64,000 nt of DNA from an uncultured Candidatus Binatia bacterium (GTDB lineage: Bacteria; Desulfobacterota; Binatia; Bin18): assembly GCA_965200965.1 (NCBI GenBank), contig OZ241744.1:3232001-3296000 (forward strand), read 5' to 3'. Positions within the stretch are counted from its first letter, which is position 1. Every line of letters starts with the position of its first letter. The position numbers and the translations under genes were made by a program. The notes under the pieces were generated by a model. The model searched no databases. It was not told the origin of the DNA and worked only from the letters and a program-made list of their open reading frames with translations. Positions 38,287 through 49,814 of this stretch are shown here, piece by piece.

Positions 38287-38498
38287 ACGCTGTTCCCCAA
38301 GCAGTGTGTCGCCCCGACCATGCGGTCTCCGCTCAGCCTGACCGAGTCGGGCCGGAGTGTCAAGCGTGGCTGACCCCTACGGTGAACGAGGCTCTCTTCC
38401 TCAATGCCCGTGGTCCTCGGTGTTCACCGTGTTGCCATTCCAGCGGCGAGGCAGTACCCTGCGACTAGTGTGCCTGTCCGTTGCTTGCGGGCCTTGAC

Positions 38499-39137
38499 AT
38501 GAACGCCCACCACTTCATCAGAATTCACAACCAATCCCATCCCCTGGCTGCCGTGGCCTTTGACCTCGACAGCACGCTGACCAAACCGTATCTCGACTTT
38601 GCCAAACTGCGAGCTGAGCTGGGACTTGCCGACGGGGACATTCTTGACTGGCTGGGTCGGCTGCCGCCGGCTGAGCAAGAGCCGGCCAGGGCCATAATTG
38701 AAGCCTTTGAGCAGGATGGAGTGGAGCATGTGGAGTGGAATGACGGAGCGGAACACACCTTGCGCGCGGTGCAGGCGATGTCTTTGCCAGTGGCCATTAT
38801 TACCCGCAACAGTCGGACCTCGCTGCGGGCGGTGTGTCGTCAGCTCGGCATTCGGGTTGACCTCTTGGTCGCCCGGGAAGACGCGCCGCCAAAGCCCGAT
38901 CCGGCCGCCCTGCGTTTCGTCGCCCGACGGTTCGGAACTGGCCCGGAGTGTCTGGTAATGGTTGGCGACTTTCGGCATGACACCCAGGCTGGCCGAGCGG
39001 CCGGAGCCTGGACAGTCTTGCTCACTAATGGACGCGAGCCGTCCTGGCCGGTTGAGGCCGATATCCTCATTGAACGTCTGCCCGGGTTGCTCGGCTATCT
39101 TGGCTGGAAAGAGGAAACGGGACCTCCAACTCCCTGA
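38499..39137 (+). CDS. HAD family hydrolase
   Basis: FDLDSTL, TRN, KPDP, VGD...D..AG. Confidence 0.88.
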   Translation: MNAHHFIRIHNQSHPLAAVAFDLDSTLTKPYLDFAKLRAELGLADGDILDWLGRLPPAEQEPARAIIEAFEQDGVEHVEWNDGAEHTLRAVQAMSLPVAIITRNSRTSLRAVCRQLGIRVDLLVAREDAPPKPDPAALRFVARRFGTGPECLVMVGDFRHDTQAGRAAGAWTVLLTNGREPSWPVEADILIERLPGLLGYLGWKEETGPPTP

Positions 39138-39186
39138 AAACGCTGACACGTTTACTCTTTGTGAATGTCTTAGGAGGAAGAATACG

Positions 39187-40251
39187 ATGGAGTTTGCGAT
39201 TGCCTATCCCGCCCGGCCAGACGCCTGGAAAGACTTGGTGATTGCCGAAGACCACGGCTTTTCTCACGCCTGGTTTTATGACTCACAGATGCTCTACAGC
39301 GATGTCTATGTGTGCATGGCCCTGGCCGCCGAGAAGACCACAACCCTGACCTTAGGTACCGGAGTGGCGATTCCCGCTAACCGGATTGCGCCCGTTACCG
39401 CCCATTCGATTGCGACGATTAACCAACTCGCCCCGGGCCGCGTGATTCTTGGCCTCGGCACCGGCTTTACCGGCCGCAATACTATGGGTTTGCCGCCCTT
39501 GCCGCTCGGCGCGCTGCGCGAACAGACCGAACAGTGTCGGGCTCTGCTGCGGGGCGAAGAGGTGTTGTATCGTGATGGCGAGTGGCAGCGCTGGATCAGA
39601 TTTCTGCATCCCGCCCGCGGCTACATCAATCTCGACGATCCTATTCCGATCTACATCGCCGCCAACGGCCCCAAAGCCCTGGCCCTGACCGGGGAGCTGG
39701 CCGACGGCTGGATTACGACCCTGAGCGACTCTGACAGCTTTCAGAAAAACCTGGCCCGGGTCCAACTCGGCGCGGATAAAGTTGGTCGTCAAGCCAGATC
39801 CCTGCCCAACACGATGTTGACAACGAGCTGTGTCTTGCAGCCCGGAGAGTCCGCGGCCGCGCCGCGCGTGGTGGAGCGGGTCGGCCCGTTTGCGGTTGTT
39901 GCCCTGCACGCCCTGTGGGAGCGCTCTGCGGTGGCGGCCGATCTGCCCCCGGGTCTGCAACAGCTCTATGAGCGCTACGACCAGGAATACGTCGCCGGTC
40001 TGAGCACGCCGGCCGACCGGCTGTATCTGAAGATCCACGAGGGTCATTTGATCTATACGAAGCCGGGCGAAGAAAAATATCTGGACGAGACACTCATCCG
40101 CGGCTTTTCGCTGACCGGAACCGGAGAAGAAATTATCGCCCGCCTCAGAGCCTTGGAGGCCGTCGGGCTGAAGCAGGTTGCGATTCAGGTCGTGAGCGAC
40201 GGCCGGCAGACGATTGAGGAGTTTAGTCGCCAAGTGATTGCCAAATACTAA
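39187..40251 (+). CDS. LLM-class flavin-dependent oxidoreductase
   Basis: AE..GF..AW.YDS, APGRV.LG.G.G, PIYIAA.GPK.L...GE.ADG. Confidence 0.9.
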   Translation: MEFAIAYPARPDAWKDLVIAEDHGFSHAWFYDSQMLYSDVYVCMALAAEKTTTLTLGTGVAIPANRIAPVTAHSIATINQLAPGRVILGLGTGFTGRNTMGLPPLPLGALREQTEQCRALLRGEEVLYRDGEWQRWIRFLHPARGYINLDDPIPIYIAANGPKALALTGELADGWITTLSDSDSFQKNLARVQLGADKVGRQARSLPNTMLTTSCVLQPGESAAAPRVVERVGPFAVVALHALWERSAVAADLPPGLQQLYERYDQEYVAGLSTPADRLYLKIHEGHLIYTKPGEEKYLDETLIRGFSLTGTGEEIIARLRALEAVGLKQVAIQVVSDGRQTIEEFSRQVIAKY

Positions 40252-40398
40252 TGAGGAAGCCCCATGCCACTTATCACAAAGGACCGCAGCGGCCCATCGC
40301 CCTGCGGTCAAGGACGATGAGAGCGACGAGGCACGGGTGGCTGAAGCACAGCCCCTCTATCCCGGTCCGTTTTGGACGGAGTAGCGAAAGGAGCAGTT

Positions 40399-41229
40399 AT
40401 GGGACGTTTGGACGGAAAAGTGGCGCTGGTCACCGGCGGAGCGTCGGGTATTGGCCGGGCGATTTGTCTCAGTTTTGCCCGCGAAGGAGCGACCGTGGTG
40501 TGTAACGATCTGCGGGTTGAGAACGCCCGGCAGGTTGTTGAGGAGTGTGGCCAGCAGGGGCACGGCCTAGCGGTCAGGGCCGACGTGTCCAAAAGCCGCC
40601 AGGTGACCCAAATGTTTGCCAAACTGGCAGAGCGCTACTCGCGGCTCGACATCCTGGTCAATAATGCCGGGATTGGTCTGGATAACCCGACCGTTCGGGC
40701 ACGTTTTAACCGGGTGTTGGCCAAGCAACAGGCCGAGTTGGCAAAGACGGGCAAAATCAGGACCGCGCTTGAAGCCACCCAGAATATGACCGATGAAGAG
40801 TGGCGGCGGATGCTGAGCGTTCATCTTGACGGCACGTTTTACTGTAGCCGAGAGGCGCTCAAAATCATGCACAAACAGAAATCGGGCAAAATTATCAGCA
40901 TTGCTTCGATCTGCGGGATGACCGGCTGCGCCGGCGCGCCACACTACAGCGCGGCCAAAGCCGGCATCCTGGGCTTTACCCGGGCGCTGGCCCGTGAGGC
41001 GATTGTCAGCGGGGTGCAGGTCAACGCGATTGCGCCCGGCTATATTGATACGCCCATGACCGAAGGGCTGAACGATAACGTCCGGCGGGCGATCGCTATG
41101 GCGACACCTGCCGGTCAGTTTGGCTCACCCCAGGACATTGCCACTCCGGCCGTCTATCTGGCGTCTGAGGAGTCGAACTTTGTGGTCGGCCAGGCCATCA
41201 GCCCCAACGGCGGGTATGTCATTGCATAA
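40399..41229 (+). CDS. Short-chain dehydrogenase (FabG-like)
   Basis: [24 protein letters not shown]. Confidence 0.92.
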   Translation: MGRLDGKVALVTGGASGIGRAICLSFAREGATVVCNDLRVENARQVVEECGQQGHGLAVRADVSKSRQVTQMFAKLAERYSRLDILVNNAGIGLDNPTVRARFNRVLAKQQAELAKTGKIRTALEATQNMTDEEWRRMLSVHLDGTFYCSREALKIMHKQKSGKIISIASICGMTGCAGAPHYSAAKAGILGFTRALAREAIVSGVQVNAIAPGYIDTPMTEGLNDNVRRAIAMATPAGQFGSPQDIATPAVYLASEESNFVVGQAISPNGGYVIA

Positions 41230-41314
41230 TCAATCGAAACCGTTGGCTGGATCCCGGCAACCGGCGGCAAGAACCCGGACGGTTGACACGCGCCTGCCTT
41301 CGCGTGAGAGGGGT

Positions 41315-42733
41315 ATGGACAGCTACCTGTCTGATGAGGACTATACCCGCCTGATTGCGCGTCTGGATCGTCGTCTGTTCAAGAAATTTGAACAGGCCTT
41401 CGTTGCCGACCCGGCGTTGACAAGACCGCTGGTCAGCTTTCAAGCGAATAAACAGCGCCCGGTTTATCGCTGGTATAAGTTTAAGGAAGGCTTCTCCCAG
41501 AAATTGGTGAAATATCTGGTGGAGTCATGGAAGGCGGGAGACAGGGGAAAACTCCTGGACCCGTTTGCCGGATCGGGAACGACCCTATTTGCCGCAAGCG
41601 AGCTTGGCTTTTCGGTTGACGGTATAGAGTTGCTGCCTGTCGGCCAAGAGATTATCAACGCGCGACATTGTGCTGAACGCGAGTTGGACGAGAAGGATAT
41701 GGAGAGCCTTCGACGATGGCAGCGGGACAAGCCCTGGACGCAGGCGGAGCGCCGACAATTTCTCAATACCTTGCGAATTACCAACGGGGCGTACCCCGTC
41801 GAGACGCACTGGAGTATTGAGCGGTATCTGACACAGAGTGAGAAAGAGAATACCCGTGTCAAGATCATGTTGAAGTTAGCGCTTCTGTGTGTCCTTGAGT
41901 CGGTAAGTTATACGAGGAAAGATGGGCAGTATCTCCGCTGGGATCATCGTTCTGGACGGCGATCGGGCAAGAAACTTTTTGGCAAAGGATGTATCCCTAG
42001 TTTTGACGAAGCCATCTGTCAAAAAATTGACGAGATATTATCTGACCTTGATCAGAAGCACCTAGGCGGCGATCTCTTTGAAGAGCGAGATAGGATAGCC
42101 GGTCCTGTCACCTTATTCCGCGGTTCCTGCCTCGATATCCTTCCTACCCTGAGTGGAGAAAGATATGACGCAATTGTGACCTCTCCACCGTATTGTAACC
42201 GTTACGATTATACCCGCACCTATGCTCTCGAACTTGCGCTTTTAGGCACTGACGAACAGGATCTCGCTGCTCTTCGGCAGCGAATGCTCAGTTGTACAGT
42301 CGAGAACAGAGAAAAGGCTCTGATGCGTATCAATCCCAAATGGAAGAGCGCAGTAGAAGTGGCCGATAATCAAAGTCTGCTCCAGACAATCATCGAATAT
42401 CTTGAAGCCCAGAAAACCCACAAGAGGCTGAATAACAACGGCTTGCCACGAATGGTGAAAGGCTATTTCTACGAGATTGCCTGCGTTATTTATGAATGTA
42501 CCCGCGTATTGAAAAAAAACGGTCTGATGTTCGTCGTAAACGATAATGTCCGGTATGCCGGCGTAGGAATTTCAGTCGATATGATTTTGTCCGATATAGC
42601 GTCCGAATTGGGTTTACGGATGAAAAAAATCCTTCTGCTTCCCAAGGGAAAAGGAAACAGCAGTCAACAGATGGGCGTTCATGGGAGAGAAGCTTTACGC
42701 AAATGCGTCTATGTATGGGAGAAACAGTCTTGA
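41315..42733 (+). CDS. N4-cytosine DNA methyltransferase (M.AvaI/M.BsoBI-like)
   Basis: [19 protein letters not shown] (motif I), TSPPY (motif IV); lower GC; coupled to the REase. Confidence 0.88.
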   Translation: MDSYLSDEDYTRLIARLDRRLFKKFEQAFVADPALTRPLVSFQANKQRPVYRWYKFKEGFSQKLVKYLVESWKAGDRGKLLDPFAGSGTTLFAASELGFSVDGIELLPVGQEIINARHCAERELDEKDMESLRRWQRDKPWTQAERRQFLNTLRITNGAYPVETHWSIERYLTQSEKENTRVKIMLKLALLCVLESVSYTRKDGQYLRWDHRSGRRSGKKLFGKGCIPSFDEAICQKIDEILSDLDQKHLGGDLFEERDRIAGPVTLFRGSCLDILPTLSGERYDAIVTSPPYCNRYDYTRTYALELALLGTDEQDLAALRQRMLSCTVENREKALMRINPKWKSAVEVADNQSLLQTIIEYLEAQKTHKRLNNNGLPRMVKGYFYEIACVIYECTRVLKKNGLMFVVNDNVRYAGVGISVDMILSDIASELGLRMKKILLLPKGKGNSSQQMGVHGREALRKCVYVWEKQS

Positions 42734-43701
42734 ATAATCGTCGTGCCTATGAACATCACTTGAAATCCTCCAGAGATCTGGTCACTCCGCACGAGGCTAC
42801 CCGATCTGGATTTGTCTCTCTCGCTCTGGAAAAGAACAGAAAAGCGACTCCACTCGTTACGGAGGCCAGAGCACTCAAATCCGTTGCGTCTCAAGCAATC
42901 CGCCCGCGTCAACTGTTAGAGTTGGAATTTTTCCCTGCCAGGAATTCCTTACTTGCCGCGGCTGGTGTCTCACACAAAGCGACAAACCATCTGTCTGATA
43001 AGGACAAACTGGAAGCAATAGAAGGACTCATCGAGAATTTTCTGGAACCATCTGGAGCCGATTTTGTTGAAGAGCTTGTGTATAGATTTCTGCTTACCAA
43101 GGGCGATGCGCTTGGTGGTTCGATAAGGAATCTTGCCGGGGCCATGGGTGAACGAAAGCTGACAAGAGGACTCATTTCGGCACTCAACATTTTTGGTTCA
43201 GATTATTGCTGGCTTCCCCTAAAAGGCAGAGAATGGATTTGGATCTCAAAAGATGATGAAAGTAATGTAAAAGGAATCAGTTGGATCGCGAATGATATAC
43301 CTAGGACCTTGATCTATAATCTCACCGTTCCGATAGTTGGGAAGAACGTGGATATATGTATTTTTAATTCACCTCCCGAAGATATGATTTTCAGAAACAA
43401 TACATACTCGGTACACCATAAGCCAGAAAAATACATCGCGCTTGGAGAGCTAAAAGGAGATATTGCTCCCGCCGGTGCTGACGAGCATTGGAAGACTGCA
43501 AATTCAGCATTGGGAAGAATCAGGAAAGCATTTTCATCGAGGAACCTCAGACCCCACACGTTTTTTGTAGGTGCCGCTATAGAAAACGATATGGCGAAGG
43601 AGATATTTGTGCAATTACAATCTGATATTATGGATAATGCCGCGAATTTGACGAATGACGATCAATTAGCGTCTCTTTGCAACTGGATAGCGAGATTGTG
43701 A
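42730..43701 (+). CDS. AvaI/BsoBI-family type II restriction endonuclease
   Basis: [50 protein letters not shown]; TTG start overlaps the MTase stop; AT-rich. Confidence 0.88.
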   Translation: MNNRRAYEHHLKSSRDLVTPHEATRSGFVSLALEKNRKATPLVTEARALKSVASQAIRPRQLLELEFFPARNSLLAAAGVSHKATNHLSDKDKLEAIEGLIENFLEPSGADFVEELVYRFLLTKGDALGGSIRNLAGAMGERKLTRGLISALNIFGSDYCWLPLKGREWIWISKDDESNVKGISWIANDIPRTLIYNLTVPIVGKNVDICIFNSPPEDMIFRNNTYSVHHKPEKYIALGELKGDIAPAGADEHWKTANSALGRIRKAFSSRNLRPHTFFVGAAIENDMAKEIFVQLQSDIMDNAANLTNDDQLASLCNWIARL

Positions 43702-43922
43702 TTGCCTATCCTACGCGGTTGGGGGACATAATAAAAGCCTGGTTGCGCACAATGATGCGCCGCCGACAGTTCGGCACAGAACATCCTCCCTTCGAGTAGC
43801 CAGAAATCAGAGAATGGGTTACATTCATCCTATGGCATCAAAGCGGACTTTGCGGACAGTCGACACCCTGCCTGTCTCTCAACTTTGTCCTTTCCCCGTT
43901 GGCGTAACAGAGGGGTGGCGAG

Positions 43923-45236
43923 ATGACGAAGGCTGAGGAGAGCATTGCGGCGAGGGTCTGTCGGCTGTGGCCGCTGTGCGTCCTCGGTCTCAGCCTGCTG
44001 GGCGCGTCGAGCGTCCCCGCTGAGTTGCCGCCGGACCCACTGCCCCTGGCCTGGTGTCTTGATCGGGCTGAGGACGCCAACCCTGACCTGGAGGTCGCCC
44101 GGATGAACGTCGAGGCCGCCGAGCACCGCGTCTATCCGGCCGGCGCACTGCCCGACCCTCGCTTTCACTACGATCTCAGTAATGTGCCGACCAGCGATTT
44201 TGACCTGAGCTTGACCCCGCTTTCCGGCCAGCAGTTCGGCCTGAGCCAACGTCTGTTCTTTCCCGGCCTCCTCAGCAGCCGGCGCGCCGTGGCACGCTCC
44301 GCGGCCGCGGTCGCTCAAGAGACGCTCGGCGACGAGACCCGACGGATCGCGGCCACGGTCGAACGCGCCTGGGTTGAGCTCGGCTTTGCCCAGCGCGCGC
44401 GTGATGTCACCGCGGAGAACATTGACCTTCTGCGCCAGTTGGCCAAGATCGCCGAGGCCAAGTACCGGGTTGGAGAGGGCCTTCAGCAGGATGTCATCCG
44501 CGCTCAGGTCGCGCTGACCGAACTGCTTGACGAACGCCTGCGGCGCGAAGCGACTATCCGTTCTGCCGAAGCTCGGCTGGCCGGCCTGCTCGACTTGCCT
44601 CCCAGCCTGTCGTTTCCCCTGACGGCGTCGCTCCGCGACTCGGTACCGCTGCCGGTGCCGGACCTGGACCTGCTCCTCGCTCAGTTGGAGTCAAGCAGCC
44701 CGCGGCTGCGCGCCCTGGCCGGACGTGTTGAGGAGGCCGAGCATCGCCAGCGTGTCGCCAGGCTGGAGGGATACCCCGATTTCGACCTTGGCTTTGGCTA
44801 CCGCCTGCGCCGGCGGGTCAGCGGGGACCCGGTGAACGGTGACGACTTCCTCGGCGCGAGCCTCGTGATCCGGCTCCCGATTGACCGCCGCAAGTGGCGG
44901 GCGCAGATCGCCGAGCGAGACGCACTCATCCGCAGAAGCAAGGCGGAATATCGCAAGGTCCGCGCCGGCCTGCGTAACGCGGTGCGGGCGCGCTATGCGG
45001 ACCTGGAACGCGCCGACCAGACGATCTCCCTGCTCGAGGACGGCTTGGTGCCCCAGGCGCGTCAATCGCTGAATTCGAGCCGTTCGGACTATACTGTGGA
45101 CAAGGGGAGTTTCCTGAGCCTGATTGACAGCCAAGTGCGGCTGCTTAACGCTCAGCTCCGGCTCGAACGGACCATCGCTGACCGCCGCGCCGCCTTCGCA
45201 GCGATTGAGGCCAGCGCTGGGGTATCGTTGCGATGA
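43923..45236 (+). CDS. cusC: TolC/CusC-family outer membrane efflux protein
   Basis: LPDP, KY.VG...QQDV.RAQ, helical repeats; first gene of the CBA operon. Confidence 0.82.
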   Translation: MTKAEESIAARVCRLWPLCVLGLSLLGASSVPAELPPDPLPLAWCLDRAEDANPDLEVARMNVEAAEHRVYPAGALPDPRFHYDLSNVPTSDFDLSLTPLSGQQFGLSQRLFFPGLLSSRRAVARSAAAVAQETLGDETRRIAATVERAWVELGFAQRARDVTAENIDLLRQLAKIAEAKYRVGEGLQQDVIRAQVALTELLDERLRREATIRSAEARLAGLLDLPPSLSFPLTASLRDSVPLPVPDLDLLLAQLESSSPRLRALAGRVEEAEHRQRVARLEGYPDFDLGFGYRLRRRVSGDPVNGDDFLGASLVIRLPIDRRKWRAQIAERDALIRRSKAEYRKVRAGLRNAVRARYADLERADQTISLLEDGLVPQARQSLNSSRSDYTVDKGSFLSLIDSQVRLLNAQLRLERTIADRRAAFAAIEASAGVSLR

Positions 45237-46645
45237 AGGCCAGGCACTGGATCACGATGCTTGCGACTGTTGTCGTGGCAGCGCTCGGCGGCTGGTGGGT
45301 TGGCGTGCGGCTCGGGCCGGACTACCCAGGGCCTTTGTCCGCGTCCAGCCCGGACGGCCCTTGCCCGAACGGTGCCGACCCCCTCTACTGGAAGGCACCA
45401 ATGGACCCGACCTATATCCGCGGCGAGCCGGGCCAGAGTCCGATGGGCATGGACTTGGTACCTGTCTGCCAGGGTGAGACAGCCGCAGTTGGCGCAGCCG
45501 GTGTCCGCATAGACCCGATGCTCGTCCAGAGCATGGGCGTCCGCACGGAGCCGGCCGCCCGACGCGACCTCTCTCGCAAAGTCCGCACCGTGGGCCGCGT
45601 GACCTATGACGAGCGCCGCGTGAGCCATGTTCACACCAAGGTGCAGGGCTGGATCGAGCGCCTGTTTGTCGGCTACGAGGGCGACTTGGTCACACGCGGC
45701 CAGCCCCTGCTGGAGATATACTCACCCGAACTGGTCTCTACCGCAGAAGAGCTGCTGTTGGCGAAGCGTTACCGCGACTCCACACGCCATAGCCGCTTTG
45801 AGGATGTGGCGCGCGCGGGAGAGGAACTCTTCCGGGCCGCGCGGCGGCGCCTCGAACTGTGGGACATCGCCGAGCGCGACATTGAACGCCTGCTGGAAAC
45901 CGGACAGGTGCAAAAGACCCTGACCCTCCACGCCCCCACAGAAGGCGTGGTCACCCACCTCATGGTGCGCCAGGGCATGGAAATTGGGCCGAACAACAAC
46001 CTGTACACGATTGCCGACCTCTCCCGGGTATGGCTCTACGCCGATGTGTACGAGTACGAACTGCCCTGGGTCCGAGAGGGCCAGAACGCGGTCATCGAGT
46101 TGAGCTATCTGCCCGGACATAGCTTTGAGGGGACCGTGACCTACATCTATCTGTTCCTTGACCCCAAGACGCGCACCGCCCGCGTTCGGATTGAACTCGA
46201 CAATCCCAGCCTCCTGCTCAAGCCTGACATGTTCGCCAACGTGATAATTGAGACCGGGGCCCGCGAGGATGCCCTCGCCATTCCAGAGGAAGCTGTCATC
46301 CGTTCTGGCCGACGCTCGATCGTTGTTGTCGCCAATGGCGATGGACGCTTCGCGCCTCGGGAAGTCCGGCTTGGCATTGACAGCGGTGACGGCTGGGTCG
46401 AGGTGCAGGGTGGCTTGGCCGAAGGCGACCGGGTCGTGACCTCCGGTCAGTTTCTCATTGACAGCGAAAGCAAGCTTCAGGAGGCCATCAAGAAAATGCT
46501 GGTGGCGACGCCGGCGATGGAGCACGAGGAGGCCGGGACGCAGGTGTCCGCTCCAGCCCACGCCGACCATACGCCGTCCAGGCATGGGATGGCCGACCAT
46601 GCCGGTCACACAATGGCCGGTGCCACGCCCGGGGCCGGGGAGTAG
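45233..46645 (+). CDS. cusB: CusB-type RND periplasmic adaptor
   Basis: APMDP...PG.SPMGMDLVP, YSPEL, LKP.M, FLIDSES; His/Met-rich tail. Confidence 0.9.
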   Translation: MKARHWITMLATVVVAALGGWWVGVRLGPDYPGPLSASSPDGPCPNGADPLYWKAPMDPTYIRGEPGQSPMGMDLVPVCQGETAAVGAAGVRIDPMLVQSMGVRTEPAARRDLSRKVRTVGRVTYDERRVSHVHTKVQGWIERLFVGYEGDLVTRGQPLLEIYSPELVSTAEELLLAKRYRDSTRHSRFEDVARAGEELFRAARRRLELWDIAERDIERLLETGQVQKTLTLHAPTEGVVTHLMVRQGMEIGPNNNLYTIADLSRVWLYADVYEYELPWVREGQNAVIELSYLPGHSFEGTVTYIYLFLDPKTRTARVRIELDNPSLLLKPDMFANVIIETGAREDALAIPEEAVIRSGRRSIVVVANGDGRFAPREVRLGIDSGDGWVEVQGGLAEGDRVVTSGQFLIDSESKLQEAIKKMLVATPAMEHEEAGTQVSAPAHADHTPSRHGMADHAGHTMAGATPGAGE

Positions 46646-46648
46646 CCC

Positions 46649-49600
46649 ATGCTGCGCCAGCTCATCGCCGGCTCGGCGCGCAATCCCCTGCTCGTCGGCC
46701 TAGCCACACTCGTGCTCGTCCTGTGGGGCGGCTATGCCAGCTACAACATGCCGCTCGACGCCCTCCCCGACCTGTCCGATGTGCAGGTCATCGTCTTCAC
46801 CGAATACCCCGGCCAAGCCCCGCAGGTAGTTGAGGACCAAGTCACCTACCCGCTGACGACGGCCATGCTGGCCGCCCCCTTTGCCAAGAGGGTGCGCGGC
46901 TACTCCTTTTTCGGCTTCTCGTTCGTGTATGTGATCTTTGAGGACGGGACTGACCTGTATTGGGCGCGCTCGCGGGTGTTGGAGTACCTGAACTTTGTCT
47001 CCGGCCGGTTGCCGGCCGGCGTGACGCCCTCCCTGGGGCCGGACGCGACTGGGGTCGGCTGGGTGTACGCATACGCCCTGGTTGATCGCAGCGGTGCGCG
47101 TGACTTGGCCGAGCTGCGCTCAATCCAGGACTGGTACCTGCGCTACGAACTCCAGACAGTTCCGGGCGTGGCCGAGATCGCCTCGGTCGGGGGTTTTGTC
47201 CGCCAGTATCAGGTGGAGGTTGCCCCCAACGCGCTGGCCGCCTATGGCATTCCTCTCTCGCAGGTGCGCCATGCCATCCAGCGCAGCAACAGCGATGTCG
47301 GCGGGCGGCTGATTGAAATGGCCGAATCCGAGTTCATGGTCCGGGGCCGGGGCTACCTCAAGTCCATCGCCGACCTGGAGCAGATCGCTATTGGCACGGA
47401 CGGACGCGGCACGCCGGTGCTGCTGCGCGACGTGGCCCATATCCATACCGGCCCTGAGCTGCGCCGTGGCCTGACGGAGCTGAACGGCGAGGGCGAGGTT
47501 GTTGCCGGCATTGTGGTGATGCGCTTCGGCGGCAACGCCCTTGAAGTCATCCACAACGTCAAGGCCAAGCTCCAGACCCTCAAGGCCGGGCTGCCCGCCG
47601 GGGTTGAACTCGTTGAGGTGTACGACCGGTCGGGGCTGATCAACCGGGCCGTAGACACCCTCCGGGAGAAGCTGCTCGAAGAGATTGCCATTGTGGCCCT
47701 GGTGTGCGTGGCCTTCCTCTTCCACGCCCGCAGCGCCTTTGTGGCCATTCTCACCCTGCCGCTCGGCATCCTGGTGTCGTTCATCGTCATGTACCACCAG
47801 GGCCTCAACGCCAACATCATGTCGCTCGGCGGCCTTGCCATCGCCATTGGGGCGATGGTTGACGCCGCAGTCGTTATGGTCGAGAACGCCCACAAGCACC
47901 TGGAGCGCAGCGCCGGTACAAAGCCCAGGACCGCAATCCTGATTGACGCGGCCACCGAGGTCGGCCCTTCGCTGTTCTTCTCGCTGCTCATTATCACCGT
48001 CTCCTTCTTCCCCGTCTTCAGCCTCCAGGCCCAGGAGGGCCGGCTGTTCTCACCCCTGGCCTTTACCAAGACCTACGCAATGGCCGGGGCGGCCGTTCTG
48101 GCCATCACCATCGTGCCGCTGTTCATGGTCTGGTTCATCCGCGGCCGGATTGTGCCCGAACACCGCAACCCGCTGAACCGCTTTCTGCTGTGGGCCTACG
48201 CCCCGCTCATCCGCCTTGTCCTGTGCCGTAAGGTGGTCGTCATCATCGCCGCGGCCGGTGTGCTGGCGGCAACGCTCGTGCCGCTGCGCCAGCTCGGCTC
48301 CGAGTTCATGCCGCCGCTCAACGAGGGCGACCTTCTCTACATGCCAACCACCCTGCCCGGCCTGTCCATCACCAAGGCACGCCAGATTCTCCAGCAGACC
48401 GACCGCATGATCCGTCAGTTTCCCGAAGTCCAGCACGTCTTCGGCAAGGTGGGCCGAGCCGAAACGGCCACCGACCCAGCCCCGCTGTCGATGATTGAGA
48501 CCACCATCACCCTCAAGCCGCCCGAGCAGTGGCGGCCTGGCATGACGGTCCAGAAGCTCATTGCCGAACTCGACCGGGCCGTGCGCCTGCCCGGCGTGAC
48601 CAACGCCTGGACGATGCCAATCAAGACGCGCCTCGACATGCTCTCGACCGGCATCAAAACGCCGGTCGGCATCAAGGTGGCCGGGCCCGATCTGCCGACC
48701 CTCCAGGAACTCGGCGAGCGGATTGAATCGATCCTGCGCAAGGAGCCGGGGACGCTCGGCGTGTTCGCCGAGCGGGTGGTCGGCGGCAACTACCTCGACT
48801 TTGCAATTGATCGCCGCGAGATCGCTCGCTACGGCCTGACGGTCGGTGATGTCCAGGATGTCATCGAGTCGGCGATTGGCGGCCGCAACGTCACCTTTAC
48901 CGTCGAAGGGCTGGAACGCTACCCGGTCAACCTGCGCTACCCACGCGAGCTGCGCGACAACCTGACCATGTTGCGCCGCGTCCTGGTGCCGACCCCGACG
49001 GGTGCCCAGATTCCCCTTTCCCAGCTCGCCGCCCTTGAGATCAAAAAAGGCCCCCCGTCAATCAAGAGCGAGAACGCCCGCCTCAACGCCTGGGTCTATG
49101 TGGACCTTGACGGCGTTGATATCGGCACCTGGGTGAACCGGGCCAAGGCCACGCTGGAGCGTCAACTTCGGCTGCCGGCCGGCTACAGTCTGGCCTGGAG
49201 CGGGCAGTACGAGTATATGGAGCGGGCCGCGCAGCGCTTGCAGATTGTGGCCCCCCTCACCCTTGGCCTCATCTTCCTGCTGCTGTTCCTGAACTTCCGC
49301 CGGCTGTCGGACACCTTGATCGTCATGCTGACCCTGCCGTTCGGCCTGATCGGTGGCGTGTGGCTGCTGTGGGTGCTCGACTATAACCTGAGTGTCGCCG
49401 TTGGTGTGGGTTTCATCGCTCTGGCCGGCGTGTCTGCCGAGTTGGGTGTGCTGCTGCTTGTCTTCCTCAACGAGGCGGTGGCCCGTTTCCGGCGCGAGAA
49501 TCGCCTCCACACCCGGGGCGATGTGCTTGAGGCGGTACGCGAAGGGGCCGGGCTGCGCGTCCGGCCGATTATGATGACGGTCACGTCCACAATTGCCGGG

Positions 49601-49783
49601 CTGCTGCCCATCATGTGGGGGACCGGGACCGGGGCCGAGACCATGCGACGGATCGCCGCCCCAATGGTAGGCGGGCTGGTCTCGGCGACCGTGCTTACCC
49701 TGGTGGTGATCCCGGTCATTTTTGCCCTGGTGCGCGGCTGGGGCCTGCCCAAGCGCGCCACCGGCCCGGCCTCTTTTGCCTGA
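46649..49783 (+). CDS. cusA: CusA/CzcA heavy-metal efflux RND transporter (Cu/Ag type)
   Basis: DALPDLSDVQVI, GPDATGVGW, ENAHKH, GSEFMP, TDPAPLSM, RIAAPMVGG. Confidence 0.95.
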   Translation: MLRQLIAGSARNPLLVGLATLVLVLWGGYASYNMPLDALPDLSDVQVIVFTEYPGQAPQVVEDQVTYPLTTAMLAAPFAKRVRGYSFFGFSFVYVIFEDGTDLYWARSRVLEYLNFVSGRLPAGVTPSLGPDATGVGWVYAYALVDRSGARDLAELRSIQDWYLRYELQTVPGVAEIASVGGFVRQYQVEVAPNALAAYGIPLSQVRHAIQRSNSDVGGRLIEMAESEFMVRGRGYLKSIADLEQIAIGTDGRGTPVLLRDVAHIHTGPELRRGLTELNGEGEVVAGIVVMRFGGNALEVIHNVKAKLQTLKAGLPAGVELVEVYDRSGLINRAVDTLREKLLEEIAIVALVCVAFLFHARSAFVAILTLPLGILVSFIVMYHQGLNANIMSLGGLAIAIGAMVDAAVVMVENAHKHLERSAGTKPRTAILIDAATEVGPSLFFSLLIITVSFFPVFSLQAQEGRLFSPLAFTKTYAMAGAAVLAITIVPLFMVWFIRGRIVPEHRNPLNRFLLWAYAPLIRLVLCRKVVVIIAAAGVLAATLVPLRQLGSEFMPPLNEGDLLYMPTTLPGLSITKARQILQQTDRMIRQFPEVQHVFGKVGRAETATDPAPLSMIETTITLKPPEQWRPGMTVQKLIAELDRAVRLPGVTNAWTMPIKTRLDMLSTGIKTPVGIKVAGPDLPTLQELGERIESILRKEPGTLGVFAERVVGGNYLDFAIDRREIARYGLTVGDVQDVIESAIGGRNVTFTVEGLERYPVNLRYPRELRDNLTMLRRVLVPTPTGAQIPLSQLAALEIKKGPPSIKSENARLNAWVYVDLDGVDIGTWVNRAKATLERQLRLPAGYSLAWSGQYEYMERAAQRLQIVAPLTLGLIFLLLFLNFRRLSDTLIVMLTLPFGLIGGVWLLWVLDYNLSVAVGVGFIALAGVSAELGVLLLVFLNEAVARFRRENRLHTRGDVLEAVREGAGLRVRPIMMTVTSTIAGLLPIMWGTGTGAETMRRIAAPMVGGLVSATVLTLVVIPVIFALVRGWGLPKRATGPASFA

Positions 49784-49814
49784 CCCCAATAGCTGATAGC
49801 ACAAGCCGAGAGCC

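Noticed and set aside
43702-43830. Possible RAYT/REP remnant (minus strand GGAGG...GTG-CCG-AAC-TGT-CGG-CGG)
   Set aside because: Only about 6 codons of resemblance; cannot be supported without a search.
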